The notes: a model not told the origin generated them from the sequence alone. 64,000 nucleotides of DNA from an uncultured Pseudomonadota bacterium (GCA_963770835.1 CAVYRH010000026.1:128001-192000), one strand, 5' to 3'. Numbered from the stretch's first letter, positions 28,665-38,619 are shown. Made by a program: numbers and translations.

Positions 28665-29039
28665 ATGGGGAATCGGCTCAAAGGGTTGGTTTTTGTTGTT
28701 CTCTTAGCGGCGCCTTGTGCCCTACAAGCCACAACGGGCGGTTGAATACCGGATCCAGGGAATGGCCCTTTACTGGGCCGGGCAATACCAAAAAGCCGCC
28801 ACTTATTTCTTAAACGCCATCCAGGCCAATCCCAGCGACTGGAAATCCTATGAGGACCTGGGCGGCGCCTATGAGAGGCTCAACGACCCGGTGGATGCCC
28901 TGGATGTTTACCGCAAAGCCTCCGGCTGAATCCGGGCGACGCCAACCTTCGCGCCTATGTAAAGAGGCTGTCCAAGGTAGTCCGCGACCTTTCGCCCGCC
29001 CCCACGGCCGCTCCCCCACCCGCACCCGTTTCCAACTAA
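28665..29039 (+). pseudogene. Secreted TPR protein with two frameshifts
   Basis: GGAGG RBS; the signal peptide frame stops at 28743-28745; the TPR frame stops at 28927-28929; RLNPGDANLRAY...PVSN* continues in another frame. Confidence 0.65.
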
Positions 29040-29056
29040 CCGGCTCCGCCCCCAAC

Positions 29057-30562
29057 CTATGGCTGGGGCTGGGTCTTTTTCTTCCATGCCTGCGGCTGGG
29101 CCCGGTACCAATCGGCCTGGGCCAGCAAAATCAGCCGCTGGGAAATCCAGTTTTGCTGGACCAACAACGCGTTGTAATAGGCCCCCACGAAACTGAGCGC
29201 CTCGAACATATCCACCCGGCCCTTCTGGAACAGGGCCCGGCCCTCGTCCCGGTTTTTCCGGGAGTCCTCCAAAAGCCGGTTGGCCGTGTCGATGCGTTCC
29301 GACGATTTCTGGTAACGGATGGTCATGTCCTCCCACTGCTGGCTGTCGCTGTTCTCCGTTTCCTTCAGGTTGAATTCCTGCTGGCGGACGTTGAGCTTGG
29401 CGATCCGGTAGCTGGCGTTCCAGCGGGGGGTGAAGAGGTCGAAGGGCACGTTGACCGACAGGCCCACCGTGTAATCGGTGAGGTTGGGGTAGTTGAGGGG
29501 AGGGGGCGCGGGATAGCCGAAATCATCCTGGACCAGGTTGCCGTTGATGCTGCCGCCCAGCTCCACGTCCAGCTTGGTGCCTTCCTCGGCCACGACCAGC
29601 GCCTCATGGGCGCTTTCCAACTGGCGGCGGGTGGCTTCGAGGTCCAACCGGTCGGGATTGGCTGTGTCCCACTCGGCCGTCATCTGGCCGTTGAGTTCGT
29701 CCAGGCTTTGGAGTTCCTCCACTACTGCCGATCCTTCGACCCCGCGAAGGAGGTTGAAATTATCCCGGGCCAGCCTTTCCGAATCCTCCAAGGATTCGAC
29801 GGCCAATTGCTGGTTTTCCACCGCGGCCCGGGCCTGGGTCAGGTCCTGGGGGGAGCGGCGGGCCTGGGCCAGGTCCAGCAGTTCTTGGTCTTTTTGAAGG
29901 GCTTCCTTGGCAGCCGCCAGTTCGTTCCTCACCACGACTAGGGTGAAATAGGCCACCCTGCCGTTATAGAGGGTCTCCTGGATCAGGAAGTCGTTGTTTT
30001 CCGCCGTGGCATCGTTGGCCAGGAAATCCCTTTGGTCCTGGGCGTGGACATCGCGCCCTAGAAAGTTCTGCCAAAGTGGGATGCTGGCGCTCACGTTGAA
30101 GTTATCCCCCGAATTGTTATAGAGGTTCGTGCCCGCCATGTTGTCGTACATGGGCCAGGTATTGAAGGCCTGGAAACTGTCGCTCAGGGAAGTGTTAAGC
30201 CCGAAATCCCAGGAATTGGTGAAATTGATTCCCCCGGTCAAACCGTCGTTTTCCGTCAGGAGAGGATTGAAGGATTGGTAAGTGCCCGGATTGGTAAGGA
30301 TGCCGTTCTTGTAGGCATAAGCATAGTTGTAATCGTTGTAGGTTCCCCCGCCGCCCAGGGTGACGCCCATGCCGCCGCTCCAATGCTTGGCCAGGAGCAG
30401 GCGGTTCGTCTCGTTGGTCTTCCAGTTGATGACGGCCTGCCGGTAATTGGGGCCGGTGTGCCGCACTTGTTCCAAGTAATCCTCCAGGCCGAGGGTTTCG
30501 GCCCGGGCGCAGGAAACCAGCAGGAAAAAGCCGGCGAGCGTTTTTAAGGGAAAGCCTTTCAT
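29057..30562 (-). CDS. TolC-family outer membrane protein
   Basis: Signal peptide; LGLEDYL, SASIPLW, GLSVNVPF, long helices, LFQKG.V...E.L. Confidence 0.8.
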   Translation of the reverse strand: MKGFPLKTLAGFFLLVSCARAETLGLEDYLEQVRHTGPNYRQAVINWKTNETNRLLLAKHWSGGMGVTLGGGGTYNDYNYAYAYKNGILTNPGTYQSFNPLLTENDGLTGGINFTNSWDFGLNTSLSDSFQAFNTWPMYDNMAGTNLYNNSGDNFNVSASIPLWQNFLGRDVHAQDQRDFLANDATAENNDFLIQETLYNGRVAYFTLVVVRNELAAAKEALQKDQELLDLAQARRSPQDLTQARAAVENQQLAVESLEDSERLARDNFNLLRGVEGSAVVEELQSLDELNGQMTAEWDTANPDRLDLEATRRQLESAHEALVVAEEGTKLDVELGGSINGNLVQDDFGYPAPPPLNYPNLTDYTVGLSVNVPFDLFTPRWNASYRIAKLNVRQQEFNLKETENSDSQQWEDMTIRYQKSSERIDTANRLLEDSRKNRDEGRALFQKGRVDMFEALSFVGAYYNALLVQQNWISQRLILLAQADWYRAQPQAWKKKTQPQP

Positions 30563-30609
30563 GATGGAAACTCCTTTCAAATAGGCGAGATTAAAACCCA
30601 TAAGGCTCC

Positions 30610-31377
30610 TCATTGCTTCTTTTTAACCGGACTGACCGCCGGCGGAACGAAACCTTCTTTCGGGGGACGGCGGTGAAGGTAAAGCTTGGCCACTTGGAGG
30701 GGGCTCAAGAATCCCGGCAGGTCCTTCCCGTAATAATCCTGTTCGACCTGGTGTTTTTCCCGGACCGCCGTCAACAAGGCGTTGAGGGTGGGCTCGATTT
30801 CGGCGTCCGGCGCGCCGGCCTGGACGGCTTTTTCCAACCCCTGGTAGGCGGAAGCCTTTTCCGAGACTTTTACCTTCATGAGGCCCATCCATTGGGAGTT
30901 GGCGCTTTTCAATTGCTTGAGCTGGGCTGGGGTCAGGCCGATATAAGCCACCCAGTTCACTCCGTCCTTGGGACGGGAGGGAGGGACCGCCGACGGGACA
31001 TCGGGATGGAATTTCAGGTAGATCCTGGCCACCTGGCCCGGCGCGAGGAAGGACTGGAGGTTCTTCCAATAATCGTCGTCGGCCTTTTCCATGGTTTGAA
31101 GGCTCGAAAGGACCTGGCCCAGGACCGGCTGGACGGCGGTATCACCGGCGCCGGACAACACCTGCTTGGCGAGGTATTCGCTGTTTCCTTCCTTATCCTG
31201 GTAGGCTTGCTTGATCGTGGCGGACTTGGCCAGGTTGGAACCCCGGAGCTGCCGGCTTTGATCCTTGGTGAGCCCCAAGGATTGGTACCAGGTCGGCCCC
31301 GCGAAGGCGTAAGACGCGGCCAATAACGCCAATCCCAGGACCACGCCCGGGCCGGTTCGGCGAAAGTTTTCCATCAT
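30610..31377 (-). CDS. Secreted protein with two Spy/CpxP-like repeats
   Basis: Signal peptide; twice W...LGLT..Q..QL ... FL.P.QVA..YL. Confidence 0.7.
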   Translation of the reverse strand: MMENFRRTGPGVVLGLALLAASYAFAGPTWYQSLGLTKDQSRQLRGSNLAKSATIKQAYQDKEGNSEYLAKQVLSGAGDTAVQPVLGQVLSSLQTMEKADDDYWKNLQSFLAPGQVARIYLKFHPDVPSAVPPSRPKDGVNWVAYIGLTPAQLKQLKSANSQWMGLMKVKVSEKASAYQGLEKAVQAGAPDAEIEPTLNALLTAVREKHQVEQDYYGKDLPGFLSPLQVAKLYLHRRPPKEGFVPPAVSPVKKKQ

Positions 31378-31462
31378 CTCCTCCAGTCGTTCACGGCATT
31401 CATTTGTCCTGCGTCCCCCTCAGGCGATTCCGCATTTACTCTGCTCCGCAAGGTTTCTGTTC

Positions 31463-31864
31463 TCAATCGCCGCAAACGTTCGGATCGTAACCGGGGCAGC
31501 TGGGATCGGAACAAGGATCAACGTCGCAGGGATCGGGGTCGCAAACAGCCGGGTCGTAACCGGGGCAGCTGGGGTCCGAACAGGGATCTGAATCGCAAGG
31601 ATCGGTATCGCAAATGGAGGGGTCATAGTTGTAACAGCTGGGGTCGTAGCAGGGGTCGGTATCGCAGGGATCGGGGTTGCAAACAGTGGGATCGTAGTTA
31701 TAGCAACTCGGATCGTAGCAGGGATCGTTGTCACAAGGGTCCCCCTGGGCGACCGGCGCGGCGGGGACATAAGTATTACCGCCGTTGTTGACACAGGCCT
31801 GCAGGCCCGCGAGGACCACGATCAGGGACAGGGGAAAAAGAGGTGCGGCCCATTTGTGGTTCAA
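31463..31864 (-). CDS. Lipoprotein with four Cys/Asp/Pro-rich 23-aa repeats
   Basis: AAGGA RBS plus TTG; lipobox LQAC; DPCDxDPCxDPSCxxYDPxxC repeated four times. Confidence 0.75.
   Translation of the reverse strand: MNHKWAAPLFPLSLIVVLAGLQACVNNGGNTYVPAAPVAQGDPCDNDPCYDPSCYNYDPTVCNPDPCDTDPCYDPSCYNYDPSICDTDPCDSDPCSDPSCPGYDPAVCDPDPCDVDPCSDPSCPGYDPNVCGD
31466..31741 (-). repeat. Four 69-bp coding tandem repeats
   Basis: 276 bp equals 4 x 23 codons. Confidence 0.8.
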
Positions 31865-32189
31865 ATGCCAATCCTTCGGCGATGATCAGTTGGTTCCGCT
31901 TGGTGCCTTTTCTGCGTGCTTATTATAGAGACGTTCCAACCTTTTGAATCCTCCTGATAGGTCGCCGGATTCCATTTTTATTTTGAATAAAGGGAAAATG
32001 CTCAAAACTAAAATATTGGTTCCTGGAAACCTTTGGAAAGGCTTCCTTAAGGGGTTTTTTCCAGCCAAAGCTCGAAGTCTATTTCGCTTTCCACCCAACC
32101 CTTTTTCACCGGCTCTTCCGTCAAAACGTTGAAGTTTCGACAACCCGTGGGATTATTCACCCGTCTCCTTTTTCCAGAGGGCGAACCTT

Positions 32190-34358
32190 ATGTGGATTCC
32201 GGTCTCGCTGTTCTTCTTCACCTTCTTTTTCTATCTCCGCTCGCTCTGCGCTACCTTTAACATCAACGACTCGGGCGAGACCATCATGAACTGCGACCTC
32301 CTGGCCCTGGCCCATTCGCCCGGCTACCCCCTGCATACGCTCTTAGGAAGGGTGGCCTGCCTGATCCCCTTGGGACAGCCCATGTTCCGGGTCTCGCTTC
32401 TTTCCTCCCTCATCGCAAGCCTGACGGCGGTTATGGTTTACGTCGTCCTCAAGCAGGTCTTGAGGACGGCCCTGGCGGCCCCCGCCGGGGGGCAGGAAAA
32501 GCCCGAAGCCTGGTTATTAGAAGCCCCCGCGCTCTTCGGCGCCCTGGTTTTCGCCTTTTCCTTCCAATACTGGTTTCAAACGGGCGGGGCCAAGGGCAGC
32601 ATCTACACCCTCAACATCCTTCTCTCAACCGCCACGCTTTTCTTTCTTTTCAAGATGCGGGAGGAAGGGCGATTCCTCCAGGCCTTCCGCGTGATAGCTT
32701 TCCTACTCGGGCTGGGCCTGGCCCATCACTGGCCCAACCAGGTGGCCCTGGCTCCGGCTTACCTTTGGCTTTTCCTGGCCGGCCAGAAAAGGGTCCCGCC
32801 CGGGGACTGGCTGAAGAACCTCCTGCGGCCCTTCGACCTTTGGGCGAGGGTGAAGAGCCTGGCTTCCGCCTTGGGAGGGGCCAACCTAGTCCGCGCCTTA
32901 TCCTTCCTGCTGCTTCCCCTTTCGGCTTATCTTTTTCTCCCCATCCGGTCGGTTCAAAATCCCCCGGAAAATTGGTGGAACCCGCATAACTTCACCCGGT
33001 TGCGGGAGACGATCCTCCGCAAGGGCTACGACGGCCTGGATCAGGGGCAATCCTTCTTAACCTTCTGGCACAACGTGGATCGCTTCTTCCCGGATATTCA
33101 AACCCAATGGGGAAGCCGGTTCAGTCTCCTTGTTTTGCTGCTGGTCCCCGTGGGTTTCGCCTGGCTTTTCCGGCGGCAAAGGTCCAGCGCCGTCGGGCTG
33201 TTCCTGTTCGGGGCCGGGGTCTTTTTTTGCCTGACGATCTACACCACGCCCCGTTACGCCTGGCTGTTGGACAATTTCTTCACGCCGGTTTACCTGTCCT
33301 TGTCCCTCTTCGCGGCGGCGGGGATGGCCTGTCTTTTCCTTTGGGCCCGGCGCATCCTTTCTTTCCGCTGGGCGCGCCCTGTCCTGGCCGCCGCCTGCCT
33401 GGGGCTGGCCCTGGTACCCCTGGGGCTTAATTATTCCGCCAACGACCAGAGCCTCTACGTGGGTTCCTATGACGAAGGCCTGAATATGCTCAAGACCGCC
33501 GACCGCAACGGCGTCATCCTTTGCAACGGCGACATCGACATCCTGCCCCTTTGGTACCTGCAATTGGTGGAGGGGAAGAGGCCCGAAGTGGCCACCCTGA
33601 CCATGCAATTGCTTCCCTACGATTGGTACCGGGATGCGATCGCCCAGCGCTGGCCTTTCCTGAAAGTGCCGGTGGGGGCGGATCTCCGGCCCGAGGCGGT
33701 CACGCGGGACTTGATCGCGGGACTGGCGGGGGAGAGGTCTTTTTACTCGACCAATATCTTCCCATCCGGCTGGCTGATGCAGAATTACCCGGTGGTGCCG
33801 GACGGCCTCCTGTGGCGGCTGGCCAATACCCGGAACCAGGATTTCGCCTTCACCGCCGGGCGCGCCAACCAGCTTTGGGACCGGTATGAAGTGAGGAACA
33901 TGGACCCGCCGCAGCGGAAGTATTGGGACGAGTACACGGATGTGATGAAGGATTCCTACGGCATGGCCTGTTCCTGCATGGGCGATTTCGCCATGATGAG
34001 CCACAGCCCCCAAACGGCCCAGTGGGGCTACACGAAGGCCCTGGATTACCGGCAGGCCCCCCAGATGGGGATCACCTTCGTCAAATTAGCCGACGCCGAG
34101 CTGGCCATGGCCCAACCCGACCAGGCCCTGGCCCATTACCAGGAATCCCTAAGGTGGATCCCCTCCTCGGCTTACAATTACACCCCTTATGCCTATGCCC
34201 GCATCGGCGACGCCTGCTTGATGAAGAAGGATTACGTGAACGCCCAGGAAGCCTTCCAGGCCGCCTTGAAGCTCAACCCCCAGCAAAGGGAAGCGCTGGA
34301 GGGACTCGAGAAACTCCAGAAGGATCAAGGGAACAGCGGACCGGCCCCAAGGTCTTAG
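32190..34358 (+). CDS. DUF2723/TMEM260-like GT-C glycosyltransferase with C-terminal TPRs
   Basis: DSGE, AHSPGYPL, LAHH, YLFLPIRS, GDID..PLWY; TPR C-terminus. Confidence 0.85.
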   Translation: MWIPVSLFFFTFFFYLRSLCATFNINDSGETIMNCDLLALAHSPGYPLHTLLGRVACLIPLGQPMFRVSLLSSLIASLTAVMVYVVLKQVLRTALAAPAGGQEKPEAWLLEAPALFGALVFAFSFQYWFQTGGAKGSIYTLNILLSTATLFFLFKMREEGRFLQAFRVIAFLLGLGLAHHWPNQVALAPAYLWLFLAGQKRVPPGDWLKNLLRPFDLWARVKSLASALGGANLVRALSFLLLPLSAYLFLPIRSVQNPPENWWNPHNFTRLRETILRKGYDGLDQGQSFLTFWHNVDRFFPDIQTQWGSRFSLLVLLLVPVGFAWLFRRQRSSAVGLFLFGAGVFFCLTIYTTPRYAWLLDNFFTPVYLSLSLFAAAGMACLFLWARRILSFRWARPVLAAACLGLALVPLGLNYSANDQSLYVGSYDEGLNMLKTADRNGVILCNGDIDILPLWYLQLVEGKRPEVATLTMQLLPYDWYRDAIAQRWPFLKVPVGADLRPEAVTRDLIAGLAGERSFYSTNIFPSGWLMQNYPVVPDGLLWRLANTRNQDFAFTAGRANQLWDRYEVRNMDPPQRKYWDEYTDVMKDSYGMACSCMGDFAMMSHSPQTAQWGYTKALDYRQAPQMGITFVKLADAELAMAQPDQALAHYQESLRWIPSSAYNYTPYAYARIGDACLMKKDYVNAQEAFQAALKLNPQQREALEGLEKLQKDQGNSGPAPRS

Positions 34359-34467
34359 CCCAAGCCCGGCCCTTGGGCCGCTTCACGCGGCGATAACTAA
34401 TTTGGATCATAATGCATTCGCCACCCGGGGTTTAGACTGCTTTATCGTCAACCCAAAAGGGGGGCCC

Positions 34468-34818
34468 ATGCGCTCCATCACTGCCGATTCGAATCTCGTG
34501 GCCTGTTGCGGGCTCTATTGCGGAGCCTGCCCGGCCTATTTGAACGAAAAATGCGAGGGCTGCCAGCAAAGCAAAAGAAACGGATGGTGCGGGGTCAAGA
34601 AATGCGCCCAGGAAAAGGGGATCTCCACCTGCGCGCAATGCAGCCAATACCCCAACCCCATGGATTGCAAGAAATTCAACAACTTCATTTCCAGGATGAT
34701 GGGCCTCGTCTTTAACTCCAACCGCGCGGCCTGCGTGGAGGAAATACGGCAAATGGGCCTGCAAATCTACGCGGCGAAAATGGCGGACCTTCGCAAACAG
34801 ACCTTGCCGCGTTCATAG
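34468..34818 (+). CDS. DUF3795-like Cys-rich protein
   Basis: CGLYCGAC...C.GC...C.VKKCA..KG...CAQC..Y...C. Confidence 0.8.
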   Translation: MRSITADSNLVACCGLYCGACPAYLNEKCEGCQQSKRNGWCGVKKCAQEKGISTCAQCSQYPNPMDCKKFNNFISRMMGLVFNSNRAACVEEIRQMGLQIYAAKMADLRKQTLPRS

Positions 34819-34919
34819 AACTTCTTCCCCCCTCCCCCGGGCGGTCGATCGCCTGGATCATAATCCGCCTGGGCTCCACCGGCTTAAATTACCTCATATC
34901 CCAAAGCCGAGGTGTTCCC

Positions 34920-35270
34920 ATGCGTCCAACCGTCGCCGATCCTACCCTTATCGCCATCTGCGGGCTCTATTGCGGAACCTGTGGCGCCTACGTGACGGAA
35001 AAATGCGGGGGATGCCGGCAAAGCGAGGCGAAGACCGGGTGCTGCGTGAGGAATTGCGCCAACCAAAAAGGCATCTTCACTTGCGCGGACTGCTGGAGTT
35101 TTTTCAAAGCCGGGAACTGCGGCGAGTTCAACCACGCCGCCCCGCAAGTCTTCGGCCTGCACTTTCCCGCCGACCGCCCCAACTGCCTCAAGGAAGTGAG
35201 GCGATTGGGGCCCAATGCCTATTCCCAAAAGATGGCGGGGTTGGGGCACACCCTTTTCCGCCAGCCTTAA
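34920..35270 (+). CDS. DUF3795-like Cys-rich protein (tandem paralog)
   Basis: CGLYCGTC...CGGC...CVRNCA..KG...CADC. Confidence 0.8.
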   Translation: MRPTVADPTLIAICGLYCGTCGAYVTEKCGGCRQSEAKTGCCVRNCANQKGIFTCADCWSFFKAGNCGEFNHAAPQVFGLHFPADRPNCLKEVRRLGPNAYSQKMAGLGHTLFRQP

Positions 35271-35320
35271 TCCAAGACAAGACTAGTTCTTAACCCTAGC
35301 CTTCCCGGTAGAATCCATCC

Positions 35321-35830
35321 ATGGACACCCTGCGTTTCACCACGGTTTTTGACCCGGAGGATTTCCAGGCCGTCGAGGACTTGGCTTTCCCCATTTGGCG
35401 GGAGCATTACACGCCCATCATCGGGACGGCCCAAGTGGAATACATGCTCCAAAAGTTCCAGACCGCCAAGGCCGTGGTGGAACAGGCGCGGGAGGGGGCC
35501 CTTTACTTCCTTATTCAAACTCCCCAAGGGGAAAACACGGGGTTCTTATCGGTTATTCCCCGGCCTGGGGAGCTCTTCCTGAGCAAGCTTTATCTTTTGA
35601 AAGAGTACCGGGGCAAGGGACACGCCCGAATGGCCTTGGAGTTCATCAAAAGCATGGCCCGGAACCGGGATTTGGGGCGTATCACGCTTACGGTCCACAA
35701 ACAAAACCCCTCCGTGAAGGCCTACCAAGCCATGGGGTTCCGCATCCTGGAATCCGTCGTGACCGCTATCGGCGGCGGGTTCGTCATGGACGATTACCGG
35801 ATGGCGCTGGATATTCCGGGATCAGTTTAA
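35321..35830 (+). CDS. GNAT N-acetyltransferase
   Basis: IWREHYTPIIG..QVEYML, LSKLYL..YRGKG.A, Y..MGF, GGGFVMDDY. Confidence 0.88.
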   Translation: MDTLRFTTVFDPEDFQAVEDLAFPIWREHYTPIIGTAQVEYMLQKFQTAKAVVEQAREGALYFLIQTPQGENTGFLSVIPRPGELFLSKLYLLKEYRGKGHARMALEFIKSMARNRDLGRITLTVHKQNPSVKAYQAMGFRILESVVTAIGGGFVMDDYRMALDIPGSV

Positions 35831-37912
35831 AAACGACCCCAGGATATATTTCTCGAAGAAAGACTCCTCCAGGGTGAAGTCCGCCCCCATCTGGGAATTG
35901 CCCGCCGTCAACACCCCGACGATATCCATTTCCGGAACGATGAAAATATACTGCCCCGCCCAACCGTTGGCCTCAACGATGTGGATGGTCTTGCCGTGGA
36001 TGACCGGGTTTTTCAACCAGAACAAATAGCCGTAATCGAAGTCCGCCGCGTGTTTCACGCCCACGTCCTGGGTCCACGATTCGGAGAGAATGCGCTTTCC
36101 TTGCCACATCCCCTTGTCCAGGTAGAGCAGGCCCAGCTTGGCCATTTCCCGGGGCGTGAGCGAATGGCCCGTGTCCACCGCCGTGATGCCGCCGGGCCCG
36201 GTCGACCAAGGGTGCTTTTCGATGCCCAAGGGGCCCTCCAGGTATTTCTGGGCGAAATCCGCGATGGTGAGGCCGCTCTTTTGGGCGATCAGGTTGCTCA
36301 CGGGGATGAGGGAAGTCCCATTGTAGGTCCAGTGGGTGCCCGGGTCGTGGGCCAGGGGCAGGGACAGGGTGTAGGACAGCCAGTCCGGGGATTTCCAAAA
36401 ATCCTTGCCGCAGGAATCCGCCAGGTTGTCGCATTGGAAACCCGAGGTCATGCAGAGCAGAAGGCCGAAGGTGATCTTGTCCTTGCGTCCATCCCAGCCG
36501 GGCTTGGAGCGGTAGTCCGGGTAAAAATCGTAGGGCTTTTGGTTCAAGTTTAAGAGCCCCTGGTCCTGGGCGATACCGAAGAGGGTGGAAAAGACGGACT
36601 TGGTCACGGAATAGAGGGCGTGGGGGTCCTGGGGCCCCAGGCCATGGAAATACTCGTCCATGACCAGCTTTCCATGGTGGATGACCGCCAAGCTGTGGAT
36701 ATGGGAGAAGGTCCCGTCCAAGACCTTGTCCATGCCGTCCGTGATCAAATTAAGATTGGTCTTTTCTTGCCGGAGATCGGCAACGGAAAGCCCGTCCTTC
36801 AGGTCCTGCGGCGGTTGGTACGTGTATTGGGTGACGGGTTGGCCTTGGCCGTCGACCCGGGGAAGGGAATAGTCCAGGCCCCGGCTGAAATGGAGGATAT
36901 AAGCTTTGTCCTTTGTTTTCTCGGTGCCCGACATGAAGTTTCCCGAGGAGTCCAGGGTTAAATCCGTAATGTTCAAATCGTCCACCGCGCGGAAATGGCG
37001 GCCCTTCCAGGTGATTTTCCCTTTCACGGGCTGGTCGGACAGGCCGTCCCGGATATCGTCATAGGCCATGGTGATTTTTCCGTCCTTGCCTTTTTCGGCA
37101 TGAACGGCCAGGAGCAGGGTGACAGCTTCCCCCGATAGGGTCCCGGTCCCATACCAGTCCCCGGCGAAACCCTTGGCGGAAGCTTGGGCCGGAACCATAG
37201 GTGTGGACCCCAGGGGGCGGCTGAAGGTGAGGGTGAAGTCAAAAACCTTTTCCTCGCCCGACTTCCAATCCCAAGCCTTGTCCGAGGGCTCGTTATGGGT
37301 CAGATAGGCCAGCAGTTCGGTGCCCCATTTCCGGTTGTCCTGCAGGTAGATATGGGTGGAACCGGGATCCACTTGAAGCTGGAGATTGCCCAAGGCCGGG
37401 GAGGGTCCCAGGGCCAGGGGTTTGCCGTCGGCTTGGGCGATCAGGCCTACGCCGCCCGGGGCATCGGTGGGAATTTTTCCATTATAGGCATCGAGTTGGT
37501 AGGGGGTTTCCTGCCATTCGTTGTACAGCAGGTAAAGGGGAATACGGACCTGCACGCAGCGGATGTTTCCCCTGGGAACCAGGACGTAGCGGATATGGAG
37601 GCCCTTGGGCAGGGCTTCCACCGTCAGTTTGAGGTCCACGGATTGGTTCGGGCCCAGGCCGCAGAAGCCGGTCACGTTAGGGTCTTCCCCCATGGACAGG
37701 CCGAAGACGTTGAATTTCCAGCCCTCGGTGAAGACTTCCGGTTCGATGCGGGCGATCTCGTGGGAGCTATCGGAGAGGGCAATGGAACCGTTGGGCTTCA
37801 CCCGGAAGGAGAGGGTTTCGTCCGGCTTAGGGGATGAGGCCGAAAGAGAACAGGGAAACAAGGATAAAAGGCCCAACCCAAGAACAACCCGGCTTAACCG
37901 CATGGTTTTCAT
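35822..37912 (-). CDS. Secreted serine hydrolase (beta-lactamase class C-like) with long N-terminal extension
   Basis: SVTK (SxxK), PGTHWTYN, LTPREMAKLG.LYL..G.W, ANGWAGQ; start at 37912 overlaps the upstream stop. Confidence 0.85.
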   Translation of the reverse strand: MKTMRLSRVVLGLGLLSLFPCSLSASSPKPDETLSFRVKPNGSIALSDSSHEIARIEPEVFTEGWKFNVFGLSMGEDPNVTGFCGLGPNQSVDLKLTVEALPKGLHIRYVLVPRGNIRCVQVRIPLYLLYNEWQETPYQLDAYNGKIPTDAPGGVGLIAQADGKPLALGPSPALGNLQLQVDPGSTHIYLQDNRKWGTELLAYLTHNEPSDKAWDWKSGEEKVFDFTLTFSRPLGSTPMVPAQASAKGFAGDWYGTGTLSGEAVTLLLAVHAEKGKDGKITMAYDDIRDGLSDQPVKGKITWKGRHFRAVDDLNITDLTLDSSGNFMSGTEKTKDKAYILHFSRGLDYSLPRVDGQGQPVTQYTYQPPQDLKDGLSVADLRQEKTNLNLITDGMDKVLDGTFSHIHSLAVIHHGKLVMDEYFHGLGPQDPHALYSVTKSVFSTLFGIAQDQGLLNLNQKPYDFYPDYRSKPGWDGRKDKITFGLLLCMTSGFQCDNLADSCGKDFWKSPDWLSYTLSLPLAHDPGTHWTYNGTSLIPVSNLIAQKSGLTIADFAQKYLEGPLGIEKHPWSTGPGGITAVDTGHSLTPREMAKLGLLYLDKGMWQGKRILSESWTQDVGVKHAADFDYGYLFWLKNPVIHGKTIHIVEANGWAGQYIFIVPEMDIVGVLTAGNSQMGADFTLEESFFEKYILGSFLN

Positions 37913-38607
37913 AAGTTCTCCTTTGAATTCAGGTTCAATAATACCGGAAGTTCCGTGAGCGTGCGGATCACCGGCACTCCAACCCCTCCGCCGTTCCACC
38001 GGTTCTTCCGGTCCAGCCAGACGCCCCTCATCCCCGCCTGTTGGGCCGCCAGGGCGTCGGTCTCCAGGCGGTCGCCCACATAGACGCAATCCTTTTCATC
38101 GACCCCGGCTTCCTGGACGGCCAGTTCAAAAATAGCTTTGTCCGGTTTGGCTAAATCCACCTCTTGGCTAATGATAACCGTTGAAAAAAACGGGCGTAAG
38201 CCAAGTTTTCCGATTTTCAACCGGTGTTGCTCCCTTTCGCCGTTGGTAATAAGCCCCAAAGTGAGGCCTTGGAGGGCCCGGAGGCAGGGAAGACTGTCCG
38301 GAAAAAGATTCCAGTTGGATTCATAGGTTTCAAGATAGATCTGGAACCGAGCATCGGCCTCACTGTCCGACAGGGGGTTGGAAAAGAATTCCCGCGCCCT
38401 TGACCGGCGCCGCTCTTCGGTCGTTAATTTTGAGAGCGGATTATTTGACTGAAAATATTTTTCCGAGACGGTTTCCCAACGCAGGAGGAAACTTTCCAAA
38501 TCCCCGTTCAAAGAGTACCGGAAGGTCTCATAAAACTTCGTGGCCCCGGCCTTTGCCGCGGCGTCGTGGTCCAAGAGGGTGGCGTCCAAGTCGAAGAAGA
38601 TAACCAT
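37909..38607 (-). CDS. HAD-family hydrolase
   Basis: FDLDATLLD, ITNG, KPD, VGD...D. Confidence 0.9.
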   Translation of the reverse strand: MVIFFDLDATLLDHDAAAKAGATKFYETFRYSLNGDLESFLLRWETVSEKYFQSNNPLSKLTTEERRRSRAREFFSNPLSDSEADARFQIYLETYESNWNLFPDSLPCLRALQGLTLGLITNGEREQHRLKIGKLGLRPFFSTVIISQEVDLAKPDKAIFELAVQEAGVDEKDCVYVGDRLETDALAAQQAGMRGVWLDRKNRWNGGGVGVPVIRTLTELPVLLNLNSKENL

Positions 38608-38619
38608 TTAATCAGCTTC

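Noticed and set aside
31466..31741. CRISPR array
   Set aside because: Units are contiguous 69-bp in-frame coding repeats with third-position variation, no unique spacers and no cas genes.
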